DNA of 64,000 nucleotides from an uncultured Coriobacteriaceae bacterium (GTDB lineage Bacteria; Actinomycetota; Coriobacteriia; Coriobacteriales; Atopobiaceae): positions 90,041-154,040 of the forward strand of contig CADBCS010000002.1 of the NCBI GenBank assembly GCA_902793195.1, written 5' to 3'. Below, piece after piece: positions 46,891-54,687 of this stretch. Numbering within the stretch: the stretch's first letter is position 1; the number at the start of each line of letters is the position of its first letter. The position numbers were made by a program, and so were the translations under genes. The notes beneath the pieces were generated by a model. The model was not told where the DNA came from. It saw only the letters and a program-made list of their open reading frames with translations, and searched no databases.

Positions 46891-47415
46891 ATGCCGAACA
46901 AGAGCAACACCCAGATGCTCGAGAAGATCAGCGAATCGCTTACCAACTCCAAGGGTTTCTTCGTGGTTGACTTCCGCGGCCTCACCGTAAAGGAGTCTCA
47001 GGACGTTCGTCGCGCGCTGCGCGAGGCGAATGCCGAGATGAAGGTCTACAAGAACAACATCATGAGGATCGCACTGGCTCAGGCCGAGATGCCTGACATT
47101 TCCGAGAGCCTGGTGGGAACCTGTGCGTACGTATTCTTCGAGAACGACCCCGTTGACGCTGCCAAGGTCCTCAAGAAGAAGGGCGAGGAGCTCAAGAAGC
47201 TCGAGTTTGTCGCCGGCATCGCCGACGGCAAGGGGCTCAACGCCGAGGAGGCAAAGGCGTATGCCGATCTTGCCAGCCGCGAGGAGCTCATGGCTCAGCT
47301 GGTGTACGTTATGGCGAGCCCGCTGCGCGGTATCGCATCTGTTTGCGCTGGTCCTGCCCGTGGCCTGGTCACGGCGCTCGACGCCATCGCAGAGCAAAAG
47401 AAGGAGGCCGCCTAG
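46891..47415 (+). CDS. rplJ: 50S ribosomal protein L10
   Basis: 174 aa with L10-like sequence (FFVVDFRGLTVKE). AGGGAGG RBS. Confidence 0.92.
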   Translation: MPNKSNTQMLEKISESLTNSKGFFVVDFRGLTVKESQDVRRALREANAEMKVYKNNIMRIALAQAEMPDISESLVGTCAYVFFENDPVDAAKVLKKKGEELKKLEFVAGIADGKGLNAEEAKAYADLASREELMAQLVYVMASPLRGIASVCAGPARGLVTALDAIAEQKKEAA

Positions 47416-47497
47416 GCGGCAGGTCGCATACGCGACCACAGCACGATGTTTGTAAGCAACAGGATGCAGAGGAGCATCCCGAACAAAGGAGATTGAC

Positions 47498-47875
47498 ATG
47501 GCCGTCACCAAGGACGAGATCATTGAGGCTTTGAAGGAAATGACCGCTCTCGAGCTTTCCGAGCTCGTGCACGAGCTGGAGGACGTCTTCGGCGTCTCCG
47601 CAGCCGCTCCCGTGGCCGTCGCCGCCGGCCCCGCCGCTGCCGCCGCTGAGCCCGAGGAGGAGAAGACCGACTTCGACGTCGAGCTCACCTCCTTCGGCGA
47701 CAAGAAGATCGCCGTCATCAAGGTCGTCCGCAAGCTCACCGGCCTTGGCCTCAAGGAGGCCAAGGAGGCCGTCGAGAAGGCTCCGAACGTGATTCTCGAG
47801 GGCGCCAAGAAGGAGGACGCCGAGGCTGCCAAGAAGGAGCTCGAGGAGGCCGGCGCCGCCGTTACCCTCAAGTAG
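47498..47875 (+). CDS. rplL: 50S ribosomal protein L7/L12
   Basis: Ala/Pro/Glu hinge and C-terminal [21 protein letters not shown]... Confidence 0.95.
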   Translation: MAVTKDEIIEALKEMTALELSELVHELEDVFGVSAAAPVAVAAGPAAAAAEPEEEKTDFDVELTSFGDKKIAVIKVVRKLTGLGLKEAKEAVEKAPNVILEGAKKEDAEAAKKELEEAGAAVTLK

Positions 47876-47900
47876 TTCTTCCGACATCGTCGCATGTCAG

Positions 47901-47926
47901 GCCGGGCCTTCGGGCCCGGCTTTTTT
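47901..47926 (+). terminator. canonical intrinsic terminator after rplL
   Basis: GCCGGGCC-TTCG-GGCCCGGC followed by TTTTTT. Confidence 0.85.
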
Positions 47927-47930
47927 GTCC

Positions 47931-47960
47931 GACCGTCCGGAAGGGACCGTCCCCGAAGGG
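47931..47960. repeat. P-family unit immediately after the rplL terminator
   Basis: GACCGTCCGGAAGGGACCGTCCCCGAAGGG. Confidence 0.75.
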
Positions 47961-47987
47961 TAACCCCTTTCCCAAAGGATCACGCTC

Positions 47988-49469
47988 CTACCGGTACGGC
48001 TCGCAGGCCTTGTCGAGGGCCTCTACCATAATGCGCATGGCCTTGATGCGGGCGTAGTACTTGTCGTTGGACTCGAGTATGTGCCAAGGGGCGAACGTGG
48101 TGCTGGTCTTGTGGATCATCTCGTTGATGGCCGCCTCATAGAGGTCCCACTTCTCGCGGTTGCGCCAGTCCTCCTCGGTGATCTTCCACTGCTTCTCGGG
48201 CGTGTTCTGACGGTCGGTAAACCGCGCGAGCTGGGTGTCCTTGTCGATCTGCACCCAATACTTGAGCACTACGGCGCCAGGTTCCACGAGCTCGTGCTCG
48301 AATTCGTTTATCTCGTTATACGCGCGCATCCAGTCGTTCTCGCTGCAAAAGCCCTCCAGGCGCTCCACCATCACGCGGCCGTACCACGTGCGGTCGAAGA
48401 TGGCAACGTGGCCGGTCTTGGGCAGGCGGTTCCAAAAGCGCCACAGGTAGTGACGCGCCTTCTCGTGTGGCTCGGGGCTTGCGATGGGGTACACGTGGTA
48501 CCCGCGCGGGTCCAGCGAGGCGGCAATGCGCTTGATCGCGCCGCCCTTGCCCGCCGCATCCCAACCCTCGAAGGCGCAAATAACGGGAATCTTCCAGTGG
48601 TAGATCTCGTTGTGAAGCATGCGGAGCTTGAGCCGGAGCCTTTTGAGCTCGGCCTTGTACTCCTCGGGCTCGAGCTTCTTGTCCAGGGGAATGTCCGCCA
48701 GGTCTGGCACCTGCGCAAGGGGGAACACGTTTTGCATGAGGTGCGACGAGAACCCGCGGTTCCTGATGGCAATGTCTATGCCGGTGTTGAGGAACTCGAG
48801 CACCTGCAGCGTGGCCCAGCCGCGGTCTTGCGAGTCGATTATGTACCACGGGGCCGAGGAACGGTTGGTGTCTCGCAGATAGCGGCCGTATAGGTCCAGA
48901 TAGCGCTCGTAATGCTCGTTTTGCTCGCGGTCGTCCTTCTTTACGCGCCAGCTGGTGTTTGGGTTTGCGGAGAGTGCGTCCAGGCGCTTGCGCTGCTCCT
49001 CCTTGGAGATGTGGAAGAAGAACTTCATCACAAGGTAGCCATTGTCCACGAGCTGGCGCTCGATGGTGTTGATGGAGTCAATGCGACTGTCGTACTCGCG
49101 ATCGTTCAACTCGTTGCGGAACGCGCACCCCACGACCTCCTCGAGCCAGCATGTGTCAAAGAACTTAAACTGGCCCTCCTCGGGAATCTCCACCATGTAG
49201 CGCCACAAAAACGGCCGCCTGCGCTCCTCCTTGGTGGGCTTCTCGTCCAAGGTGGCAACCGAGAAGAAGCGTGGGTCCAGGTCCTTGATCACCTTGGCCA
49301 ATACGGTGCCCTTGCCTGCGGCGCCCCAGCCCTCGAAGATGACCATGACTGGCACCTTTGCATCCTTTATGCGCATTTGGTTGGCGGCAAGCTTGGCCTG
49401 CTCGGCATTCATTCTTCGCTTGATCTCCTGCTTCTCCGGCTTTGGTGCCTTGGCAAAGTTTCGTAGCAT
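47988..49469 (-). CDS. two-domain PPK2-family polyphosphate kinase (polyphosphate:AMP phosphotransferase-like)
   Basis: Two PPK2 modules, each with a P-loop (FEGWGAAGKG, FEGWDAAGKG). ATG 49469 is preceded by AGGAGG. The 108-codon upstream extension was rejected. Confidence 0.8.
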   Translation of the reverse strand: MLRNFAKAPKPEKQEIKRRMNAEQAKLAANQMRIKDAKVPVMVIFEGWGAAGKGTVLAKVIKDLDPRFFSVATLDEKPTKEERRRPFLWRYMVEIPEEGQFKFFDTCWLEEVVGCAFRNELNDREYDSRIDSINTIERQLVDNGYLVMKFFFHISKEEQRKRLDALSANPNTSWRVKKDDREQNEHYERYLDLYGRYLRDTNRSSAPWYIIDSQDRGWATLQVLEFLNTGIDIAIRNRGFSSHLMQNVFPLAQVPDLADIPLDKKLEPEEYKAELKRLRLKLRMLHNEIYHWKIPVICAFEGWDAAGKGGAIKRIAASLDPRGYHVYPIASPEPHEKARHYLWRFWNRLPKTGHVAIFDRTWYGRVMVERLEGFCSENDWMRAYNEINEFEHELVEPGAVVLKYWVQIDKDTQLARFTDRQNTPEKQWKITEEDWRNREKWDLYEAAINEMIHKTSTTFAPWHILESNDKYYARIKAMRIMVEALDKACEPYR

Positions 49470-49726
49470 GCTGCCTCCTAACCCACGCATATTCCGTTGA
49501 TTACAGTATAGGTATGCTAGGGGCCAAGAGAGGTCGCGGAGGCCAGTGCTTCGGGGACTGACTCCAAAGTGTCGGCCTAGCTGCGAGATGGCTGGGGGCT
49601 CGCAGCTCTCGTGAGTTATGGCGGCATGCATTGCCGCTGCGGCGGTGTTTGCAAAGCGCATGGGCAACACGGACGACTCGTGGTTGCCTCCTGTCGCGCA
49701 GCCGCGCTCGAATGCACTCAGGATGA

Positions 49727-49853
49727 CCTGACAAAGTGAAAAAAATGACTCGATTTTGGCGATTTGTTCCACTTTGTTAGGTTGAGGCACCACCCAAACC
49801 TAACAAAGTGGCGAATTCACTCAAAATAGGACCTGTTTTTTCACTTTGTCAGG
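49727..49853. repeat. N-family nested palindrome, copy 1 (127 bp)
   Basis: Outer arms CCTGACAAAGTGAAAAAA / TTTTTTCACTTTGTCAGG pair at 18 of 18. Inner hairpin CCACTTTGTTAGGTT-13 nt-AACCTAACAAAGTGG. Confidence 0.9.
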
Positions 49854-49891
49854 TTTTGCGCGAGCGCGAGCATTCTAATACAGAATACAGG

Positions 49892-50018
49892 GGTGACAAA
49901 GTGAAAATTTGGACCCAAAAACGGCCGATATTTCCACTTTGTTAGATTGAGCACCACCTCCAACCTAACAAAGTGGAAAAAGGGTCCGTATTGCGAACAC
50001 TTTCGCCACTTTGTCAGG
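49892..50018. repeat. N-family nested palindrome, copy 2 (about 127 bp)
   Basis: GGTGACAAAGTGAAAA ... CCACTTTGTTAGATTG-11 nt-CAACCTAACAAAGTGG ... CCACTTTGTCAGG. Same architecture as copy 1. Confidence 0.9.
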
Positions 50019-50240
50019 TCTGAGGCAAGGGTGGGGAATCGCGTCACTCCATCTCGCGCGGCCGCCCGATTGGATGGGGGTCTACTATGGCGGCCGAAAG
50101 AGCCGCGCTATCGCGAACCTGAACGACCCTTCAAAAATCTGAGGTGTTGCCAAATGTTGCGCAACAAATTTTCTTAAAACGACCTTATTCTCTGGTTGAC
50201 AGTAAGGAAGTGCAGGGTGCACAGACGGAAGGAGTTGGAA

Positions 50241-51812
50241 ATGAAGGGCTCAAAGAAGTTGTGGAAGACGGCAAGGTGGACGATGTGCGGCACATTGTCC
50301 ATTCTCCTGGCACTGCAGGGAGTTCCCACCGCAGCGCTCGCAGAGGACGTGTTGTCGCAGGACACGCCCGTTATTACCCAAGAGGAAGTGGCAAACGACA
50401 CGCAAGAAATCGCAGCAGACCCCCAGGTCGCGGGGGCTGCAGCTGCACAGGACACGACGACCGCTCCGCAGGAGGTCGCTCCCGTAGCCGACCCGGCTGC
50501 AGTGACGGAGCCCGAGGTCACGGTCGAGGTCGACGCGACGGCCAACGAGAACGAGGACGTGGAAGTCGCCCTGAACGGCGCAAAGGAGGTGCCCGCGGAT
50601 CCTGCCAAGCCCCTTGCCATGGACGGCAACTGGGCGAATGGCGACTACGGAACCGATGGGACCAAGGCAACCTACACGTTTACGCTTGACAAGGCCTCTC
50701 ACGTAAAGGTCGAGGTAAAGAACAACACGACCGCCAATGTGGAGTACGAGCTGACCAACGAGGCGGGCGACGTCCAGCACGCAAAGGGCAAGCTCGAGAA
50801 GGACAAGCCGGCAATCGACGCCAATCTTGAGGCCGGAACCTACAAGCTCGTGGTGCGTACGGACGTGGCAATGCCCGCCGCCCAGATGCCCGAGGCCTTT
50901 GACATCCGCGCCACCAGGGGAGACGTCGTCACGCAAAAGCGGGAGGGCGCAGACGCGGTCGAGACCGCCGCAGAGCCCAAGGCAGACGAGAAGGCCGAAG
51001 GAACCAAGCCGGCGGCCGAGGAGCAGAAGGCAGAGGAGCAGAAGGCAGAGGAGCAGAAGCCCGAGGAGCAGAAGGCAGAGGAGCAGAAGCCCGAGGAGCA
51101 GAAGGCGGAGGAGCAGAAGCCCGAGGAGCAGAAGGCGGAGGAGCAGAAGCCCACAGCACCCGACGAGGAGGTCGAGGAGGTCAAGCCGGAACCGCTGGCG
51201 AGCGTCATTCCGTCGGTGATCCCAAAGAGCGAGCAGACCGCAAAGCCGCAGGCCACCGCAAAGAAGGCGGACACCACGTCCTACGACATGAGCAAGTCCA
51301 TGATGAGTGGTCTTGGCAACAACGGCCTCTCCACGTCCTCGCTCGCTGCGCCCGCCGTGTACCTCTATGGTCGCCGACTCATTCCTGGCCGAGACTACGT
51401 GTATTCGTTCCAGGGCAACTTCCAGAGCAGCTGCCGCACCATCACGGTGAGGTACATCGTGCGCGGTATCGGGCGCTACTACGGAACCAAGGTGTTCTAC
51501 TACCGAGTGACCCGTGGCTTTAGCAGGCTCTCGGTGCGTGCGTACAACAGGGTCACTTACAGGAGGCACACGCGCAGGTACAACGTATGGGTGTCCAACC
51601 CCATCCGCTACTGGAACGCCGCCGGTGCCGTACGCTACTACAAGGTGGGTGGGTCCAGTCGACTGAGCATCAACGCGCGTACCGGAAAGGTCCTGGTCCG
51701 TCGCGGCACCGCTCGCGGTACGTATCGCATCAGGGTTTGCGTCCAGAGCGCGGGTACCTGGAACACCATGAAGGGCTACCGCTACGTAACGTGCAAGGTG
51801 GTCGTCCGCTAG
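50241..51812 (+). CDS. secreted protein with acidic region, EEQK[AP] tandem repeats and Arg/Tyr-rich Ig-like C-terminal domain (hypothetical)
   Basis: Signal peptide MKGSKKLWKTARWTMCGTLSILLALQGVPTAALA. GGAAGGAG RBS. No sortase or lipobox signal seen. Confidence 0.65.
   Translation: MKGSKKLWKTARWTMCGTLSILLALQGVPTAALAEDVLSQDTPVITQEEVANDTQEIAADPQVAGAAAAQDTTTAPQEVAPVADPAAVTEPEVTVEVDATANENEDVEVALNGAKEVPADPAKPLAMDGNWANGDYGTDGTKATYTFTLDKASHVKVEVKNNTTANVEYELTNEAGDVQHAKGKLEKDKPAIDANLEAGTYKLVVRTDVAMPAAQMPEAFDIRATRGDVVTQKREGADAVETAAEPKADEKAEGTKPAAEEQKAEEQKAEEQKPEEQKAEEQKPEEQKAEEQKPEEQKAEEQKPTAPDEEVEEVKPEPLASVIPSVIPKSEQTAKPQATAKKADTTSYDMSKSMMSGLGNNGLSTSSLAAPAVYLYGRRLIPGRDYVYSFQGNFQSSCRTITVRYIVRGIGRYYGTKVFYYRVTRGFSRLSVRAYNRVTYRRHTRRYNVWVSNPIRYWNAAGAVRYYKVGGSSRLSINARTGKVLVRRGTARGTYRIRVCVQSAGTWNTMKGYRYVTCKVVVR
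51018..51152 (+). repeat. in-frame tandem repeat, 9 x 15 bp (EEQKA/EEQKP)
   Basis: GAGGAGCAGAAG[GC]C[ACG] repeated nine times without interruption. Confidence 0.9.
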
Positions 51813-51859
51813 GAGAGGCGGGACACGACAACGCATAGGGCCGCAGCAAGGAAGCGGTG

Positions 51860-51890
51860 TGGCGCCCGAAGGCTCCGCCTTCGGGCGCCA
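51860..51890 (+). terminator. 13-bp-stem hairpin after the secreted-protein gene
   Basis: TGGCGCCCGAAGG-CTCCG-CCTTCGGGCGCCA. Weak T content downstream. Confidence 0.55.
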
Positions 51891-51957
51891 CTTCCATGCA
51901 ACCTCATTTCTGTGCCGCGCCCTTCTCGTCTATAATCACTTTCGTAACAAAGGAATC

Positions 51958-53058
51958 GTGAGGGGGAGTGTTTTGGCGCGAGGGAGAAGGAGCGGGACGA
52001 TCGAGCTGTTTCGCTTTGTGTTTTGCGTCGTGGTGATTCTGTTTCATGCGCAGAATGCGTTCTTGCAGGGTTTTGGCGATCCCAATACGGTGCATTGGAC
52101 ACTGTGCGGGCACGGCAACGCCGCGGTGGAGTTCTTCTTCCTGGTGTCGGGCTACCTCATGGCCGCATCGCTCTCTCGCATGGACGAGCCGTCTGGCGAG
52201 CGCGAGCTTGCCCGGGACACGCAGATGTTCTTCGTCCGCAAGATCCGTCCCATCTGGTGGTATCACGTGCTGTTCTACGTTCCCTCGCTCATTACGTACC
52301 TGCTCGTGAAGGCCTTCGACGGCCTGGGCACGCTCAATGCCATCCTGCGTGCCATACCGGGATTCTTCTTCGTGGACCTGTTCGGCTTTAGGCCCGGAAA
52401 TCCCAACAGCGTCGAGTGGTACATCTCGGCCATGCTCATCGTCATGTTTGTGTTCTATCCCATCATGCGGCGTCACTTTGCGATGTTCGCAAAGGTCGTC
52501 GCCCCCATAGTGGCGCTTGCGCTGCTGGGCTGGCTCTACAAGAACGAGGGGGCGCTCACGGGCGTCATGGTGTGGAACGGGCTCGCGTATCGCGCCATGC
52601 TGCGCGGGTTTGCCGAGATCGCGCTGGGCATCGCGCTGTTCGACCTCATCCAGCAGCTCGATCGCCTCGAGCTCGCGCGCGCCCACAGGCGCCTGCTCAC
52701 GGCGGCGCAGATGCTGGCGTTCGTCCTTGCGCTCGTCTGCATCTGCCTCACGCTGCCGCAGAAGTACGAGTTCGTAATACTGCTTTTGCTGGCCATTGGC
52801 GTATCCCTGTCGTTCTCGCAGCATTCGCTGGCAAACGACGTGCTCAAGGGTCGTGTCATCATGTGGCTCGGTGCATTCTCCACGCCCCTGTACCTCGCGC
52901 AGGTCACGGCGCTCAACCTGCTGCACCTCACGGGAGACGCAATCGACCCATGGCCGAGGGCGTGGCTCATGCTGGGCCTCTCGTGCGTCTTCGCCCTCGT
53001 CGCATACGGCGTCGTAACGCACCTTTTGCCGCGCGGAAAAAGACATTCCAAGGCATAG
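51958..53058 (+). CDS. acyltransferase family 3 (OafA/YrhL-like) integral membrane protein
   Basis: IELFRFVFCVVVILFHA ... AVEFFFLVSGYLM signature and about 10 TM segments. Start uncertain (GTG 51958 or TTG 51973); the listed start at 51859 lies inside the upstream terminator. Confidence 0.7.
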   Translation: MRGSVLARGRRSGTIELFRFVFCVVVILFHAQNAFLQGFGDPNTVHWTLCGHGNAAVEFFFLVSGYLMAASLSRMDEPSGERELARDTQMFFVRKIRPIWWYHVLFYVPSLITYLLVKAFDGLGTLNAILRAIPGFFFVDLFGFRPGNPNSVEWYISAMLIVMFVFYPIMRRHFAMFAKVVAPIVALALLGWLYKNEGALTGVMVWNGLAYRAMLRGFAEIALGIALFDLIQQLDRLELARAHRRLLTAAQMLAFVLALVCICLTLPQKYEFVILLLLAIGVSLSFSQHSLANDVLKGRVIMWLGAFSTPLYLAQVTALNLLHLTGDAIDPWPRAWLMLGLSCVFALVAYGVVTHLLPRGKRHSKA

Positions 53059-53118
53059 GGCGACAAGTTGTTCCATAATAACAAGGTACTGTATAGGCGT
53101 CGTCAAAAGGAGTCTTGG

Positions 53119-54351
53119 ATGAAACGCTCGTATCTATCAATCATGGCGGCAACCCTTGTCGCGCTGCTCGTGCTGCTCGTGGGTTGTGGCGCAAACAACA
53201 CCGCGCAGCAGGGTACCAACGATGCCGCGCAAAAGACCGAGGAAACCGCCACGCAGGCGGCGGAGCCGGCCGTCGCGACCGACCCCGCAAATCCCTTCTC
53301 CATGTGGACCGACGACTCTCCCACGGTCAAGCTGGTGCAGGAGTACGTAAAGTCCGTGACCGACGAGGCGAGCCCCGACTTCATCCCTGCCGAAGACCGC
53401 ATCGCGACCATAGACTGGGACGGCACGCTCTTTGGTGAGCTCGACCCCATCTACTTCGACTGGAACATGTACGTGCATCGCGTGCTGTGGGACTCCACCT
53501 ACACGCCCACCGACGAGCAGGTTGCGGTGGCCCACGACATCGAGAAGGTCGAGGAGACCCGCAAGTTCCCCGACGGCCTGGAGGCCCAGCACGCCAAGTA
53601 CCTCGCCGAGGCCTTCAAGGGCATGAGCATCGAGGACTTCTCCAAGTACGTTACCGAGTTCGGCCAGACCGACGCCCCCAAGTTCACCGGCCTCAAGCGC
53701 AAGGATGCCTACTACAGGCCCATGGTGGAGCTGGTCAACTATCTGCACGACAACGGCTTCGAGTGCTACGTCGTGTCGGGAACCGACCGCAACGTGCTGC
53801 GCGCGCTGATTCCGGAGTACTTCCCCTGGATGGACAACGCCCACGTCAAGGGAAGCGTGAGCACGGTTAAGGCCTCGGGCCAAAAGGGCGAGGACGGCTT
53901 GGAGTACACCTGGACCGTCGACGACAAGCTCGTTGAGGGCGGCAGCCTGGTGATCAAGGACGTCAAGGCGAACAAGCCCTCGATCATCGCCACCGAGATT
54001 GGCAAGCAGCCGGTCGTCTCGCTGGGCAACTCCAGTGGCGACAGCTCCATGGCCAACTACACCATAAACAACAACAAGTACAAGTCCCTCGCACTCATGC
54101 TGTGCTGCGACGACACCGAGCGCGACTGGGGCGAGCTGGACAAGGCCGAGAAGATGGTCAAGTCCTGCGAGGAGAACGGCTGGCACGCCGTGTCTCAGAA
54201 GGACGAGTGGAAGACCTTCTTTGGCGACGAGGCCAAGATCGACAAGAGTTGGGAGTACTCGTCCGCGAAGGCGAACCAAGCTGGTCCCAACGCCCGCGAG
54301 ACCGTGTACGCGGCGGCGGGGCAGGAGCAGGAGCTCGCCGAGGCCGCTTAG
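53119..54351 (+). CDS. HAD-superfamily hydrolase, lipoprotein
   Basis: Lipobox LLVGC. DWDGTL (DxDxT motif I), VVSGT (motif II), GNSSGD (motif IV-like). Confidence 0.6.
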   Translation: MKRSYLSIMAATLVALLVLLVGCGANNTAQQGTNDAAQKTEETATQAAEPAVATDPANPFSMWTDDSPTVKLVQEYVKSVTDEASPDFIPAEDRIATIDWDGTLFGELDPIYFDWNMYVHRVLWDSTYTPTDEQVAVAHDIEKVEETRKFPDGLEAQHAKYLAEAFKGMSIEDFSKYVTEFGQTDAPKFTGLKRKDAYYRPMVELVNYLHDNGFECYVVSGTDRNVLRALIPEYFPWMDNAHVKGSVSTVKASGQKGEDGLEYTWTVDDKLVEGGSLVIKDVKANKPSIIATEIGKQPVVSLGNSSGDSSMANYTINNNKYKSLALMLCCDDTERDWGELDKAEKMVKSCEENGWHAVSQKDEWKTFFGDEAKIDKSWEYSSAKANQAGPNARETVYAAAGQEQELAEAA

Positions 54352-54376
54352 GCCACACGCAACGCGTTGCAAAGAC

Positions 54377-54413
54377 AAGCGGGGGCACGCCTCTTGGAGG
54401 AGTGCCCCCGCTT
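54377..54413 (+). terminator. hairpin terminator after the HAD gene
   Basis: AAGCGGGGGCAC ... GTGCCCCCGCTT followed by CTCATCT. Confidence 0.55.
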
Positions 54414-54603
54414 CTCATCTGCCTGCCGTCGCTCCCGCTTGCGACCGGTATGCCAGCACGGGGTGCCACGTGGTAGGAAATAGTCGATTAGTGGTAGGAA
54501 GCGGCCCCACACATTTCCTTCATATCGAATGAATGCGTTTGCGCTGGTATTTCGCTAAACAAAGAAAGCTAATGGAAAACTTCTCATAAGTCAAGGCTTT
54601 ACA

Positions 54604-54632
54604 TTGACCAACTCTTTCGGGTCAGTTAAATT
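54604..54632 (+). promoter_or_regulatory. putative rpoBC promoter
   Basis: TTGACC, a 17-nt spacer, then TAAATT, within the AT-rich stretch 54480-54690. Confidence 0.45.
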
Positions 54633-54687
54633 ATTAGATTGCGACAAATGCCGCTTTTCTCATTTTTTACGAAGGAGGAACTGCCTG

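Noticed and set aside
50929-51277. ORFs overlapping the EEQK repeat region in other frames (50827..51219 plus strand, 50840..51277 and 50929..51159 minus strand).
   Set aside because: These are low-complexity translations of the same 15-bp tandem repeat. The frame with a signal peptide, an RBS and a long non-repetitive C-terminus (50241..51812) is the coherent one.
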